A stretch of DNA of 64,000 bases from Gammaproteobacteria bacterium (GCA_036383255.1 DASVOS010000018.1:93432-157431), one strand, 5' to 3'; counted from the stretch's first letter, positions 1 through 10,606 are shown. Translations and numbers: made by a program. The notes: generated by a model from the letters alone, not told the origin.

Positions 1-216
1 ATGATGCACATCGCCCACAGCGTGGAGCGGGCGGGCGTGGGCCTCGCGGCGCCGGCGCTCAAGCGCGACGGCATCCTCAGCAAGATCGAACGGGTGCTGG
101 GCGAGGCGGGCTTCGCCGAGAAGGCGCGCACCCTCGCAGCCCAGTATGCGGGTGGCGCTTCCCTGAAGCCGGTACAGAACTTCCAGGCGCTGGTCACGCG
201 CCTCGCGGGAGGCTGA
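1..216 (+). CDS. C-terminal fragment of a GT1-family (MGT/UDP-glycosyltransferase-like) glycosyltransferase; the gene starts upstream of the window
   Basis: The translation (VERAGVGLAAPALKRDGILSKIERVLGEAGFAEKARTLAAQY) is paralogous to the C-terminus of the next ORF (VEQAGAGLAAPALAPEGMHAKFQRLLAEPAFTAAARDFAERY). It ends at TGA 214-216. Confidence 0.5.
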   Translation: MMHIAHSVERAGVGLAAPALKRDGILSKIERVLGEAGFAEKARTLAAQYAGGASLKPVQNFQALVTRLAGG

Positions 217-218
217 AG

Positions 219-1406
219 GTGGCACACGTGGTCATGTGCTGGGAACTCGGCGCGGACCTCGGTCACGTGGCGCGCATGAAGCCGCTGGCGGAAGCGCTGC
301 TGCGGCGCGGCCGCCGGGTGAGCTTCATCGTGCGCGAGGCCCTATCGGCCGAACGTTTATTGGACGCCGGGCGCACGCCCTGGTTCCAGGCGCCGTATCA
401 GAGCGATGCGGTGCCTTCACCCATCGTGCCCACCTTGAGCCTGCCCGGCGTCATGCACAACACGGGTTTCCATGACCTGAGATCCCTGCTCGCCCGGCTG
501 CACGCCTGGCGCAACCTGTACGCGGCCCTGGCGCCGGACCTCTTGGTGTTCGACCATAGTCCCACGGCCATGCTGGCGGCGCGCGGGCTCAAGGTGAGAC
601 GCGTGGTGCTGGGCACGGGCTTCGGCATCCCGCCCGCCGTCTATCCCATGCCCGGCTTCGACGACTCGGCGACCGGGCTCGCCGCCATCGAGGACAGGGT
701 CACCGCGACTGCGAACGAGGCCTTGCGCGCCCTGGGCGAAGCGGCGCTCGCGCGGCTCGCGGACCTCTACGCGGCGGATGCGAGCCTGTTCTTCACGTTC
801 AGGGAACTGGATCATTACGCGAATCGAAATGCGGGCGACTACTGGGGTCCCACGCGGCAGGACGGCGGTGTCGCGCCTGCTTGGCCGTCGACGGCTGGCC
901 GGCGCGTGTTCGCCTACCTCAAGCCCTTCAAGACGTTGCCTGCGCTGCTTGATACCTTCCAGCAGTCCGGCCATCCGACGCTGATCTACCTCGGCAAGGG
1001 CGCGGACGAGACGCGCGCGCGCTACGCCGGCGCCGCGAACCTGAGCTTCTCCGACAAGCCCGTGGACCTGAAGCGTGCCGCGGCGGACGCGGACCTCTTG
1101 GTCTGCCACTCGGGCCACGGGACGATCAGCTCGGCGTTGTTGGCGGGCAAACCGTTGCTGCTGTTGCCGCTCAACATGGAACAGCGCATGCTTGCGCAGC
1201 GGGTTGAACAGGCCGGCGCGGGTCTCGCGGCCCCGGCGCTGGCACCGGAAGGCATGCACGCCAAGTTCCAACGGCTGCTGGCCGAGCCTGCCTTCACCGC
1301 GGCGGCCCGTGACTTCGCGGAACGATACAGCCGACTCGAGGTCGAACACATCCCGGAACGCTTCGCCGCGCTGGCGGAGCGCCTGCTCGCATCGGAGGCT
1401 CCATGA
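219..1406 (+). CDS. GT1-family glycosyltransferase (MGT / UDP-glucuronosyl-glucosyltransferase-like)
   Basis: 395 aa. The N-terminus has GADLGHV...PLAEALLRRGRRV and the C-terminus has the CHSGHGTISSALLAGKPLLLLP donor-binding signature typical of GT1/MGT enzymes. A GTG start lies 7 nt after GGAGG. Confidence 0.65.
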   Translation: MAHVVMCWELGADLGHVARMKPLAEALLRRGRRVSFIVREALSAERLLDAGRTPWFQAPYQSDAVPSPIVPTLSLPGVMHNTGFHDLRSLLARLHAWRNLYAALAPDLLVFDHSPTAMLAARGLKVRRVVLGTGFGIPPAVYPMPGFDDSATGLAAIEDRVTATANEALRALGEAALARLADLYAADASLFFTFRELDHYANRNAGDYWGPTRQDGGVAPAWPSTAGRRVFAYLKPFKTLPALLDTFQQSGHPTLIYLGKGADETRARYAGAANLSFSDKPVDLKRAAADADLLVCHSGHGTISSALLAGKPLLLLPLNMEQRMLAQRVEQAGAGLAAPALAPEGMHAKFQRLLAEPAFTAAARDFAERYSRLEVEHIPERFAALAERLLASEAP

Positions 1407-3232
1407 GACTGCGGACCTGGCCCCTCGTCCTGACCCTCGCCGCCGGCCTGGCCGGCACCATCCCGGCCCTCGCGGCGGATTCCGCCTCGGTGGCGCTGCA
1501 CAAGCTGTTCGACCGGGAATGGGACCGCGCCATGCGGGAAAATCCCCTCTCCGCCTCCGACCTCGGCGACTACCGCTTCAACGACCAGTGGCCGGACGCG
1601 AGCATGGCCGCGATCCAGCGCTCCCATGCCGCCGACCAGCAGGCCCTGGCGGACCTCGCGAAGATCGACCGTGCCGCGCTGCCGCCGGCGGACCAGGTGA
1701 GCTACGACCTCTTCAAGTGGCAGTACGCCGACGCGCTCGACTCCAACCGCTTCCATGAGTACCTCTACCCGCTCAACCAGCTGGGCGGCATCCAGACCGT
1801 GGGCGACATCACCACCCAGTCGCTGCGCTTCGAGAAGTTGAAGGACTACCAGGACTGGCTGGCGCGGCTCAAGAACTTCGGCACCTACATGGACCAGACC
1901 ATCACGCTCCTGCAGCAGGGCGTGGACGAGCAGCGGGTGCTACCCAAGGTGGTGGCCCAGCGCATCCCGCAGCAGATCGCCGACAACATCGTGACGGACG
2001 TGGCCAAGAGCCCGTTCTACGCGCCGTTCCTGAAGCAGCCCAAGTTCCTGGATGCCAAGACCTTCGCCGGCATGCAGGCCGAGGCCAAGACCAGCATCAC
2101 CGAGGTCGTGATGCCGGCGTACAAGCGGTTGCAGACGTTCTTCGACGGCACTTACCTCCCGAAGGCGCGCACCGCGCTGGCCGTCACCACTCTCCCGGAC
2201 GGTGAGGCCTACTACGCCTACCTGGTGCGCCACTTCACCACCACCGACGAGACGCCGCAGCAGGTGCACGAGATCGGTCTGAAGAAGGTGGCGGAGATCC
2301 ACGCGCGCATGGAGGAGGTCATCAAGAGCACGGGCTTCAAGGGCTCGTTCCAGGACTTCCTGAAGTTCCTGCGCACCGACAAGCGCTTCTACTACAAGAA
2401 CCCCGACGACCTGCTGGAAGCCTACGAAGCCGTGGCCAAGCGCATCGATCCGCGGCTGACCCAGGAGTTCGGCCATGAGCCGCGCGTGCCCTGGGGCGTG
2501 TCGGTGATCCCCATGGACCAGGCGCCCAACACCTATCCCGCCTACTCCATGCAGCCTGCCGCGGACGGCACCCGCGCGGCATTCATGGCGGTGAACCTCT
2601 ACAAGCCCGAGACCCGGCCCAAGTACGAGATCCCGGTGCTCACCTGCCACGAGGGCCGGCCCGGCCACGCCATGCAGCTCTCGCTGGCCATGGAGATGAC
2701 GGACCTGCCGAACTTCCGCCGCTTCGGCTACTTCAACGTCTACGGCGAGGGCTGGGCGCTCTACTCTGAGACCCTTTGTGAAGAGATGGGCCTCTACAAC
2801 GACCCCAAGACCGGCAAGCCCGATCCGTACCTCACCTTCGGCATGCTCTCCTACCAGATGTGGCGCGCGGTGCGCCTGGTGGTGGACACCGGCATCCATG
2901 CCTACGGCATGAGCCGCGAGGACGCGGTGAAGATGTTCAAGGAGAACACCGCTCTCACGGACCAGAACATCGGCACCGAGGTGGACCGCTACATCGCCTG
3001 GCCGGGCCAGGCGCTCTCCTACATGACAGGCGAGATCAAGATCCAGGAGCTGCGCAAGCGCGCCGAGGACAAGCTCGGCGACAAGTTCGACAAGCGCGCC
3101 TTCCACGACGTGATATTGGAGAACGGCACGGTCCCTCTGAGCGTGCTGGAGAGCATCGTGGACGAGTGGATCGCGAAGCAGCAGAGGCCCGAATCGGCGC
3201 TGCTGGGAGCGGCGCCCGGCATCCGGGGCTAA
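1403..3232 (+). CDS. DUF885-family secreted protein
   Basis: 609 aa with an N-terminal signal peptide (LVLTLAAGLAGTIPALAA). The HEGRPGHAMQ motif and overall layout are as I recall for DUF885. Its ATG overlaps the upstream stop (ATGA at 1403-1406). Confidence 0.7.
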   Translation: MRLRTWPLVLTLAAGLAGTIPALAADSASVALHKLFDREWDRAMRENPLSASDLGDYRFNDQWPDASMAAIQRSHAADQQALADLAKIDRAALPPADQVSYDLFKWQYADALDSNRFHEYLYPLNQLGGIQTVGDITTQSLRFEKLKDYQDWLARLKNFGTYMDQTITLLQQGVDEQRVLPKVVAQRIPQQIADNIVTDVAKSPFYAPFLKQPKFLDAKTFAGMQAEAKTSITEVVMPAYKRLQTFFDGTYLPKARTALAVTTLPDGEAYYAYLVRHFTTTDETPQQVHEIGLKKVAEIHARMEEVIKSTGFKGSFQDFLKFLRTDKRFYYKNPDDLLEAYEAVAKRIDPRLTQEFGHEPRVPWGVSVIPMDQAPNTYPAYSMQPAADGTRAAFMAVNLYKPETRPKYEIPVLTCHEGRPGHAMQLSLAMEMTDLPNFRRFGYFNVYGEGWALYSETLCEEMGLYNDPKTGKPDPYLTFGMLSYQMWRAVRLVVDTGIHAYGMSREDAVKMFKENTALTDQNIGTEVDRYIAWPGQALSYMTGEIKIQELRKRAEDKLGDKFDKRAFHDVILENGTVPLSVLESIVDEWIAKQQRPESALLGAAPGIRG

Positions 3233-3251
3233 TCCCTCCGCTCAAAAGCAA

Positions 3252-3281
3252 GGCCCGCTCTTTCCGGAGCGGGCCTTTTTT
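3252..3281. terminator. Bidirectional intrinsic terminator between the DUF885 gene and nadA
   Basis: GGCCCGCTC (3252-3260) pairs with GAGCGGGCC (3267-3275). A T6 run follows and an A-rich tract sits on the other side. Confidence 0.7.
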
Positions 3282-3301
3282 CATTTCTGCATCGAGCCGG
3301 G

Positions 3302-4399
3302 CTAGATCGCCAGCATCCGCTCCAGGGCTTCTCTCGCCTGGCTCGCGTCCGGCTCCGGCACGCTGATGCGGTTCACCACCTTGCCTTCCGCCAGGTTCTC
3401 CAGCGTCCAGGCGAAGTGCTGCGGGTCGATGCGGTACATGGTGGAGCACATGCAAACCATGGGCGACATGAAGTGCACGTTCACACCCTTGCCCTTCATC
3501 TCCTCGTGCAGGCGGTTCACGAGGTTGAGCTCCGTGCCCACCAGCCAGCGGCTGCCGGGCTCCGCCTTGTGTACCGTATCCAGGATGTACTCCGTGGAAC
3601 CCACGTAATCCGACTTCTTGCATACCTCGAAGGCGCTCTCCGGGTGGCAGATGACCGTCGCATCCGGGTACTTGGCGCGGAATGCGTCGATGTGGGCGGG
3701 CTGGAACATCTGGTGCACCGAGCAGTGGCCGTTCCAGAGCAGCACCTTGGCCTTGCGGATCTGCTCGGGAGTCAGTCCACCCATGGGCTTGTGGAAATCC
3801 CACACCGCCATCTCGTCCAGGGGGATGCCGAGCTTGTGGCCGGTCCAGCGGCCCAGGTGCTGGTCCGGGAAGAACAGCACCTTCTCGCGGCGCTTGAACG
3901 CCCACTCGAGGATGCCGGGGGCGTTGGTGCTGGTGCAGACGATGCCGCCGTGGCGGCCGCAGAAGGCTTTCAGGTCCGCTGCAGAATTAATGTAAGTAAT
4001 TGGTGTGATCTGCTCATCGGGCGACAAGACCGTCGCGAGCTCGCGCCAGGCGGTCTCGACCTTCGCCAGGTTCGCCATGTCCGCCATGGAACAGCCGGCC
4101 GCCAGGTCCGGCAGGATCACCTGCTGGCTCGGCTTGGACAGTATGTCAGCCACCTCCGCCATGAAGTGTACGCCGCAGAACACGATGTATTCGGCATCGC
4201 ACTGGGAGGCGAGGCGCGCGAGCTTCAGAGAATCGCCGGTCTGGTCCGCGTGCTTGTACACCTCGGCCCGCTGATAGTGGTGGCCGAGGATGACCAGGCG
4301 CGAGCCGAGCTTGGCCTTCGCGGCGCGGATGCGCGCATCGCAATCCTGGTCGTCGAGGGTGGAGTAAGGTGCGTAGTCGAGGGGACGGACAGCTGCCAT
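3302..4399 (-). CDS. nadA: Quinolinate synthase
   Basis: 365 aa with NadA-like blocks (LGHHYQR, VFCGVHFMAE, CSMADM, TYINSAA, CxxH). Confidence 0.85.
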   Translation of the reverse strand: MAAVRPLDYAPYSTLDDQDCDARIRAAKAKLGSRLVILGHHYQRAEVYKHADQTGDSLKLARLASQCDAEYIVFCGVHFMAEVADILSKPSQQVILPDLAAGCSMADMANLAKVETAWRELATVLSPDEQITPITYINSAADLKAFCGRHGGIVCTSTNAPGILEWAFKRREKVLFFPDQHLGRWTGHKLGIPLDEMAVWDFHKPMGGLTPEQIRKAKVLLWNGHCSVHQMFQPAHIDAFRAKYPDATVICHPESAFEVCKKSDYVGSTEYILDTVHKAEPGSRWLVGTELNLVNRLHEEMKGKGVNVHFMSPMVCMCSTMYRIDPQHFAWTLENLAEGKVVNRISVPEPDASQAREALERMLAI

Positions 4400-4446
4400 C
4401 GAGATCTCAAGGACGGCCGGACGGCGCCGGCGATTGACCCGTTATT

Positions 4447-4884
4447 TTACACCTGTGGGCTAGGCTGGGATAAAGCAAGGATCGCCGCGCGGTCCGTGGC
4501 GGAGCCCGCCAGCTCCGCCGCCTGTTCTCGCGGCAGCCAGCGATATTCCACGTGCTCGGGCGACAGGCTTATGTCGCAGACGCCGGGCAGCCGCAGGTAG
4601 AAGACGTATTCCTGGTTCTCCCGCACGGAAGGCGCGTACTTGTGGCGCCAGGCAGGGTGGATGGCATACCGGTTGACGACACCGCTGTCGGCGAGGCCCG
4701 CGCCCGCGTCGAGACCGGTCTCCTCCCGCACTTCCCGCAGTGCCGCCTTGAGCGGCGACTCGCCGGCATTGAGGCTGCCGGTGACGGACTGCCAGAAATC
4801 CGCCGGTTCCCGGCGCAGGAGACGCAACACCTGGTCATCGTCCGTGTGGACCACGACCAGGACCGATTCGGGGTGCTTGTACAA
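4447..4884 (-). CDS. nudB: Dihydroneopterin triphosphate diphosphatase (Nudix)
   Basis: 145 aa that aligns along its length to my recollection of E. coli NudB (DFWQSVTGS...REV.EE Nudix box, HRYAP). It has the conserved position next to aspS. Confidence 0.8.
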   Translation of the reverse strand: MYKHPESVLVVVHTDDDQVLRLLRREPADFWQSVTGSLNAGESPLKAALREVREETGLDAGAGLADSGVVNRYAIHPAWRHKYAPSVRENQEYVFYLRLPGVCDISLSPEHVEYRWLPREQAAELAGSATDRAAILALSQPSPQV

Positions 4885-4889
4885 ACCCC

Positions 4890-6677
4890 TCAGGAAACTT
4901 TGGGCTCGGTCGCCGGCAGCTTCACGCGGACGTGCAGCTCCTTGAGCTGGTCATCGCTGGCCACGGCCGGCGCATCCGTGAGCGGGTCCCAGGCGGTCTG
5001 GGTCTTGGGGAAGGCGATAACTTCGCGGATGTTCGGCGAGCCGGTCATGAGCATCACCAGCCGGTCGATGCCGAAGGCCAGGCCGCCGTGGGGCGGGCAG
5101 CCCGACTTGAGCGCATCCAGCAGGAAGCCGAACTTCATGCGCGCATCCTCGTCGCTGATGCCCAGCATGCGGAATACCGCCGCCTGCATGTCCTGGTTGT
5201 GGATGCGGATGGAACCGCCGCCGAGCTCGGTGCCGTTCAGCACCATGTCGTAGGCGCGGGAACGGATGCCGCCCGGGTCCTTCTCCAGTTCCGCCACGGA
5301 GTCCACTCGCGGGGCGGTGAACGGGTGGTGCAGGAACACCCAGCGCTTGTCCTTCTCATCCCACTCGAAGGCCGGGAACTCCACCACCCACAGCGGCGCC
5401 CACTCGCCCTTGACGAGGCCGCGGTCGTGGCCGAGCTTCAGGCGCAGCGCGCCGAGGGAGTCCGCCACCACCCGCGCCTTGTCGGCGCCGAAGAAGATCA
5501 GGTCGCCATTCTCGGCACCGGTGCGCTTGAGGATGCCGGCGATAGCCTCGTCGGACAGGAACTTCACGATGGGCGACTGCAGGCCGTCCTTGCCCTTGGC
5601 GGTGTCGTTCACCTTTATATAGGCAAGGCCCTTGGCGCCGTAGCGCGCCACGTAGGCGGTGCAGTCGTCGATCTCGCTGCGCGGCATCTCGCCGCCCTTG
5701 GGCAGGCGCAGCGCGGTGACGCGGCCAGCCGGGTCGTTGGCGGGACCGGCGAACACCTTGAAGTCGCAGGTCTTGACCAGGTCCGCCACGTCCACGAGCT
5801 CGAGCGGGATGCGCAGGTCCGGCTTGTCGGAGCCGTAGCGGCGCATGGCCTCGTCGTAGCTCAGGCGCGGGAAGGGGTCCGGCAGGTCCACACCCAGCAC
5901 CGTCTTGAAGGTGTGGCGGATCATGCCTTCCATGATGCCGGTGATCTGCTGCTCGTCCAGGAACGAGGTCTCGATGTCGAGCTGGGTGAACTCCGGCTGG
6001 CGGTCGGCGCGCAGGTCCTCGTCGCGGAAGCAGCGCGCCACCTGGTAGTAGCGGTCGAAGCCGGACATCATGAACAGCTGCTTGAAGATCTGCGGCGACT
6101 GCGGCAGCGCGAAGAAGCGGCCCGGGTGGGTGCGGCTCGGCACTAGGTAGTCGCGCGCACCCTCCGGCGTCGGCTTGGTCAGGATCGGGGTCTCCAGGTC
6201 GATGAAACCCTGGCCGTCCAGGTAGTTGCGCAGGGTGCTGACGATGCGGTGGCGCAGGCGCAGGCGCTGCTGCATCACCGGCCGGCGCAGGTCCACGTAG
6301 CGGTACTGCAGGCGGCGTTCCTCGTTCACGCCCTCCTCGTCCAGCATGAACGGCGGGGTCTCGGCGGTGTTGAGCAGCATGAGCTCGTGGGCCAGCAGTT
6401 CCACCTTGCCGCTCGGCAAGTTCGCGTTCTCGGTGCCGGCGGGACGCTTGCGCAGCTTGCCCTTCACGCTCACCACGTACTCGCTGCGCAGGCGCTCGGC
6501 CTCGGCGAACACGGCGGCACGGTCCGGATCGAACACCACCTGCACCAGGCCCTCGCGGTCGCGCAGGTCGATGAACAGCACCCCGCCGTGGTCGCGGCGC
6601 CGGTGCACCCAGCCCGCCAGCTGCACCTCCTGGTCGAGGAGGAGTTCATTCACCTGGCCGCAGTAATGGCTACGCAT
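4890..6677 (-). CDS. aspS: Aspartate--tRNA ligase
   Basis: 595 aa with class II aaRS motifs ([34 protein letters not shown]). Confidence 0.95.
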   Translation of the reverse strand: MRSHYCGQVNELLLDQEVQLAGWVHRRRDHGGVLFIDLRDREGLVQVVFDPDRAAVFAEAERLRSEYVVSVKGKLRKRPAGTENANLPSGKVELLAHELMLLNTAETPPFMLDEEGVNEERRLQYRYVDLRRPVMQQRLRLRHRIVSTLRNYLDGQGFIDLETPILTKPTPEGARDYLVPSRTHPGRFFALPQSPQIFKQLFMMSGFDRYYQVARCFRDEDLRADRQPEFTQLDIETSFLDEQQITGIMEGMIRHTFKTVLGVDLPDPFPRLSYDEAMRRYGSDKPDLRIPLELVDVADLVKTCDFKVFAGPANDPAGRVTALRLPKGGEMPRSEIDDCTAYVARYGAKGLAYIKVNDTAKGKDGLQSPIVKFLSDEAIAGILKRTGAENGDLIFFGADKARVVADSLGALRLKLGHDRGLVKGEWAPLWVVEFPAFEWDEKDKRWVFLHHPFTAPRVDSVAELEKDPGGIRSRAYDMVLNGTELGGGSIRIHNQDMQAAVFRMLGISDEDARMKFGFLLDALKSGCPPHGGLAFGIDRLVMLMTGSPNIREVIAFPKTQTAWDPLTDAPAVASDDQLKELHVRVKLPATEPKVS

Positions 6678-6737
6678 GGAAAGTCCCGAAAATCAGTGGC
6701 TTATATTGAGAAGGCCCCTTTTCAGGGGCCGCGCATA

Positions 6738-7454
6738 TTAAAGTCGGCGGGGCGGCTCCGCAAGCTGGGGCACCGTATCCCCACCGGTGGGATCGGGGTC
6801 GGACTTGCTCTCCTGAGGCCTGGGCCAGGGCGGCACGATCACGCCCAGGGAGAGGATCATCTTGAGCGCCTCGTCCACGGTCATCTCGAGCTCGATCATG
6901 TCTTCCTGCGGCACCATCAGCAGGAAGCCGGAGGTGGGGTTGGGCGTGGTGGGCACGAACACGCTGACCATGTGCTCCGGCAGCTTCTTGTTGAGCTCGC
7001 CCAGGGATTCGCCGGTCTGGAAGGCCAGGCTCCAGGTGTCCTTCTGCGGGTAGCGGATCAGCACCACCTTGCGGAAGGACCTGCCCTTGTTGGAGAACAT
7101 GGTGTCGGATATCTGGCGCACCGAGGTATAGACCGAACGCACCAGCGGGATGTGCTCCAGGAGCTCGCCTCCCCACCTCAGCAGGGTGCGGCCCAGGTAG
7201 TTGCTGGCGACGAAGCCGGTGAGCAGCAGGATCAGCAGGACCAGGATCACGCCCAGGCCCGGCAGGTTGAAGCCGATCAGCTGCATCGGCTGCCAGGCGC
7301 GGGGGAACAGGAGCACCAGCCGGTCCATGTAGCCGATGAACAGCTGGAAGATGAACAAGGTCACGCCCATCGGGATCCAGATCACGAGTCCCGTGAGCAG
7401 GTAGCGGCGCACCCGCACCATCAGGCTGCGCTTGCGCAGCGGATCGAGGTTCAT
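6738..7454 (-). CDS. DUF502-family membrane protein
   Basis: 238 aa with two N-terminal TM helices and a conserved core (GFLLMVP..D). Its start overlaps the upstream stop (ATGA). Confidence 0.65.
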   Translation of the reverse strand: MNLDPLRKRSLMVRVRRYLLTGLVIWIPMGVTLFIFQLFIGYMDRLVLLFPRAWQPMQLIGFNLPGLGVILVLLILLLTGFVASNYLGRTLLRWGGELLEHIPLVRSVYTSVRQISDTMFSNKGRSFRKVVLIRYPQKDTWSLAFQTGESLGELNKKLPEHMVSVFVPTTPNPTSGFLLMVPQEDMIELEMTVDEALKMILSLGVIVPPWPRPQESKSDPDPTGGDTVPQLAEPPRRL

Positions 7455-7789
7455 GCATCACCCGTCTTGGCGGCGCCGCCGGACTTGGCCTTCTTCTCCG
7501 GCTTGGGCTTGCTTGCCGGCTCCGCCGGCGCGGCTTTGGCGGGCTTGGATTCCTCCTTCGCCGCCGGCTTCTCGTCCTTGCCGCTGTCCGCCAGGTTCTT
7601 CTTCTGGCCGGACTTGAAGTCGGTCTCGTACCAGCCGCCGCCCTTCAGGCGGAACGAGGGCGCGGACAGGAGCTTCTGCAGCTTGGACTTGCCGCACTCC
7701 GGGCACTTCTTCAGCGGGGCGTCGCTGACCTTCTGCAGGACCTCGAGCTGATGGCCGCAGGCCTGGCACTGGTACTCATAGATGGGCAT
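7451..7789 (-). CDS. FmdB-family zinc-ribbon protein with a Lys/Ala/Pro-rich tail
   Basis: MPIYEYQCQACGH...CPECG is the FmdB/CxxC-CxxC signature. I trimmed the start to the ATG at 7789; the track ORF has an implausible 52-aa leader. Confidence 0.8.
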   Translation of the reverse strand: MPIYEYQCQACGHQLEVLQKVSDAPLKKCPECGKSKLQKLLSAPSFRLKGGGWYETDFKSGQKKNLADSGKDEKPAAKEESKPAKAAPAEPASKPKPEKKAKSGGAAKTGDA

Positions 7790-7916
7790 GGACGGTCTCA
7801 CTGGCGTCTTCGGGGGGCGGCATCCATATATGTAAGAATGCGCGCGCCCGGGTTCAAGCCCGCCGGCGACGGGCGTGCCATTATAGCCGTTCGCGCCCGC
7901 CGCCTTCCGGAGAGAC

Positions 7917-9710
7917 ATGGAACCCGCCGCCCGCCACAACACCACCCTGCGTTCCCTGCTGCCCTATCTCTGGGAGTTCCGGGGCCGCGCCACCCTGGCC
8001 CTGGTGCTGCTGATCCTGGCGGACCTCGCCATGGTGGCGGTGCCGTGGGTGCTGAAGCACATCGTGGATGCCCTCAACCCGCAGCAGGCGCTCCTGGTGC
8101 TGCCTGTGGCCCTGCTCGTGGCCTACGGCACGCTGCGCTTCGCCGGCACCCTGCTGGGGGAACTGCGCGACGTGGTGTTCGAGCTCGCGACGCTCCGGGC
8201 CGCGCGCAGGGTCGCGCTCAAGGTGTTCCGCCACCTGCACGACCTGGACCTCGCCTTCCACCTGGAGCGCCAGACCGGCGGCCTGTCCCGCGACATCGAG
8301 CGCGGCAGCCGCGGCGTGAGCTTCGTGATGAGCGCCATCCTGTTCAACGTGCTGCCGACCATCATCCAGGTGGCGCTGGTCGTGGTGGTGTTCCTGTGGA
8401 ACTTCTCCGACTGGTACGCGGTGATCATCCTCACCGCGGTGGCGCTGTACGTGCTGTTCTCCATCGCCGTGACCGAGTGGCGCACCCGTCACGTGCGGCT
8501 CATGAACGAACTTGACTCCAAGGCCAACACCCGCGCCATCGACAGCCTGCTGAACTACGAGACCGTCAAGTACTTCGGCAACGAGGAGTTCGAGGCCCAG
8601 TGCTACGACGCGGACCTCGCCAAGTGGGAGCACGAGGCGCTGCGCACCCAGTACTCCCTCTCCACCCTCAACAGCGGCCAGGCCCTGGTGATCGCGCTCG
8701 GCGTCACCGCCATGATGCTGCTGGCCGGCAGCCAGGTGGTGCACGGGCGCATGACGCTGGGCGACTTCGTGATGGTCAACGCCTATATGACCCAGCTGTT
8801 CCAGCCGCTCAACATCCTGGGCTTCATCTACCGCGAGATGAAGCGCTCGCTCACGGACATGGAGCGCATGTTCTCGCTGCTCGACCGGCACGCCCAGGTG
8901 GCGGACCGGGCCGGCGCCGAGCCGGTGCGCCACGCCAAGGGCCACATCCGCTTCGAGAACGTGCGCTTCGGCTACGGCCCGGACCGGGAGATCCTGCACG
9001 GCGTGGACTTCGAGGTGCCGGCGGGCTTCAAGGTCGCGATCGTGGGCCCGAGCGGCGCCGGCAAGTCCACCATCGCGCGGCTCATGTACCGCTTCTACGA
9101 CGTGACCGACGGGCGCATCACGCTGGACGGACGCGACATACGCGACGTCACCCGCGCGAGCCTGAGGAGCCAGCTCGGCATCGTCCCCCAGGACACGGTG
9201 CTGTTCAACAACGACATCCAGTACAACATCGCCTACGGCCGCCCCGGCGCGCCCCAGGCGGAGGTGGAGCGCGCCGCCGAGCTCGCCCACCTCAAGCGCT
9301 TCATCGACTCCCTGCCCCAGGGCTACCGGACCACGGTGGGCGAGCGGGGCCTCAAGCTCTCCGGCGGCGAGAAGCAGCGCGTCGCCATCGCCCGCGCCAT
9401 CCTCAAGAACCCGCCGATCCTGATCTTCGACGAGGCCACCTCGAGCCTGGATTCCAACGCCGAGCGCGCGATCCTGGTGGCCATGGAGGAACTGGCGGCG
9501 CACCGCACCAGCCTCGTCATCGCGCACCGCCTCTCCACCATCGTGGATGCGGACGAGATCATCGTGCTGGACGCCGGCCGCGTGGCCGAGCGCGGCACCC
9601 ACCGCGGCCTGCTCAAGGTGGACGGGCTGTATGCCAAGCTGTGGGCGCTGCAGCAGCGGGAGGCGGAGGAGCGCCAAGCGGCGGCCGAGCCCGCGTTCCA
9701 GCTCAAGTGA
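7917..9710 (+). CDS. ABC transporter, fused permease/ATPase (ATM1/HMT1-like ABCB type)
   Basis: 597 aa with an N-terminal 6-TM domain, Walker A GPSGAGKST, signature LSGGEKQR and Walker B ILIFDEATS. Confidence 0.85.
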   Translation: MEPAARHNTTLRSLLPYLWEFRGRATLALVLLILADLAMVAVPWVLKHIVDALNPQQALLVLPVALLVAYGTLRFAGTLLGELRDVVFELATLRAARRVALKVFRHLHDLDLAFHLERQTGGLSRDIERGSRGVSFVMSAILFNVLPTIIQVALVVVVFLWNFSDWYAVIILTAVALYVLFSIAVTEWRTRHVRLMNELDSKANTRAIDSLLNYETVKYFGNEEFEAQCYDADLAKWEHEALRTQYSLSTLNSGQALVIALGVTAMMLLAGSQVVHGRMTLGDFVMVNAYMTQLFQPLNILGFIYREMKRSLTDMERMFSLLDRHAQVADRAGAEPVRHAKGHIRFENVRFGYGPDREILHGVDFEVPAGFKVAIVGPSGAGKSTIARLMYRFYDVTDGRITLDGRDIRDVTRASLRSQLGIVPQDTVLFNNDIQYNIAYGRPGAPQAEVERAAELAHLKRFIDSLPQGYRTTVGERGLKLSGGEKQRVAIARAILKNPPILIFDEATSSLDSNAERAILVAMEELAAHRTSLVIAHRLSTIVDADEIIVLDAGRVAERGTHRGLLKVDGLYAKLWALQQREAEERQAAAEPAFQLK

Positions 9711-10537
9711 GCACCGTGCCACGCAGCGTACTCATCACCGGCTGCTCCAGCGGCATCGGCCGCGCCACGGCCGCGCACCTCAAGGGCCGGGGCTGGCGGG
9801 TGATCGCCAGCGCCCGCAAGGCCGAGGACGTGGCGGGACTCAAGGCCGCCGGCTTCGAGGCGGTGCGGCTCGACGTGGCGGACTCCGCTTCCATCCAGGC
9901 CGCCCTGGCGGCGACCTGTGCCCTCACGGGCGGTCCGCTCGATGCGCTGGTGAACAACGCCGGCATGGCCATCCCGGGCGCGGTGGAAGACCTCTCTCGC
10001 GAGAACCTGCAACATCAGTTCGACGTGAACTTCTTCGGCTTGATGGAACTCACCCGCGCGGTGCTGCCGGTCATGCGCAAGCAGGGCCGCGGGCGCATCG
10101 TCATGGTGAGCAGCATCCTCGGGCGGGTGGCCATGCCCTGGCGCGGCGCCTACAACGCCAGCAAGTTCGCGCTGGAGGGCATCACCGACACGCTGCGCCT
10201 GGAGCTGCGCGGCAGCCCCATCCGGGTGGCACTGGTGAACCCGGGGCCCGTGAAGAGCCGCTTCCGGGACAACTCGCTGCACAACTTCGACGCCGAGGTA
10301 CAGACCTCCAGCACCCACGCGGCGGAGTACGCGCGGCTGCGCGCCATGACGGGCACGCGCAAGGACCACCAGCCCTTCACCGCAGGTCCCGAGGCGGTGG
10401 CGGAGCGCATCGCCCGGGCGCTGGAGAGCCCCCGTCCCAAGGCCCGCTATTACGTGACCTCTCCCGCTTATATATTGTCTGCCGCCCGATGCATCCTGCC
10501 TACCGCCTGGCTGGACGCAGTGCTGGCACGGATCTAG
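9707..10537 (+). CDS. SDR-family oxidoreductase
   Basis: TGCSSGIGRAT (TGxxxGIG), NNAG and the YNASK catalytic motif. The GTG start overlaps the ABC stop (GTGA); an alternative GTG lies at 9716. Confidence 0.8.
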   Translation: MSTVPRSVLITGCSSGIGRATAAHLKGRGWRVIASARKAEDVAGLKAAGFEAVRLDVADSASIQAALAATCALTGGPLDALVNNAGMAIPGAVEDLSRENLQHQFDVNFFGLMELTRAVLPVMRKQGRGRIVMVSSILGRVAMPWRGAYNASKFALEGITDTLRLELRGSPIRVALVNPGPVKSRFRDNSLHNFDAEVQTSSTHAAEYARLRAMTGTRKDHQPFTAGPEAVAERIARALESPRPKARYYVTSPAYILSAARCILPTAWLDAVLARI

Positions 10538-10606
10538 GAAAGGCTTGCAAGGGGCAGGTCGCGGGCTATACTTCGGGCCTATCATCCGACCAAAAGGGCC
10601 TTCTCG

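Noticed and set aside
1-1406. The fragment at 1-216 and the ORF at 219-1406 considered as one frameshifted or split gene
   Set aside because: The fragment is a C-terminal end whose motifs recur at the C-terminus of the next ORF. The next ORF has its own N-terminal GT1 motif and an RBS. These are two paralogous genes, not a pseudogene.
8600-10537. 645-aa ORF apparently fusing an Arg/Pro/Gly-rich N-terminus to an SDR domain
   Set aside because: The first ~370 codons are an alternative frame of the ABC transporter gene. Only the part from the GTG at 9707 shows SDR motifs.
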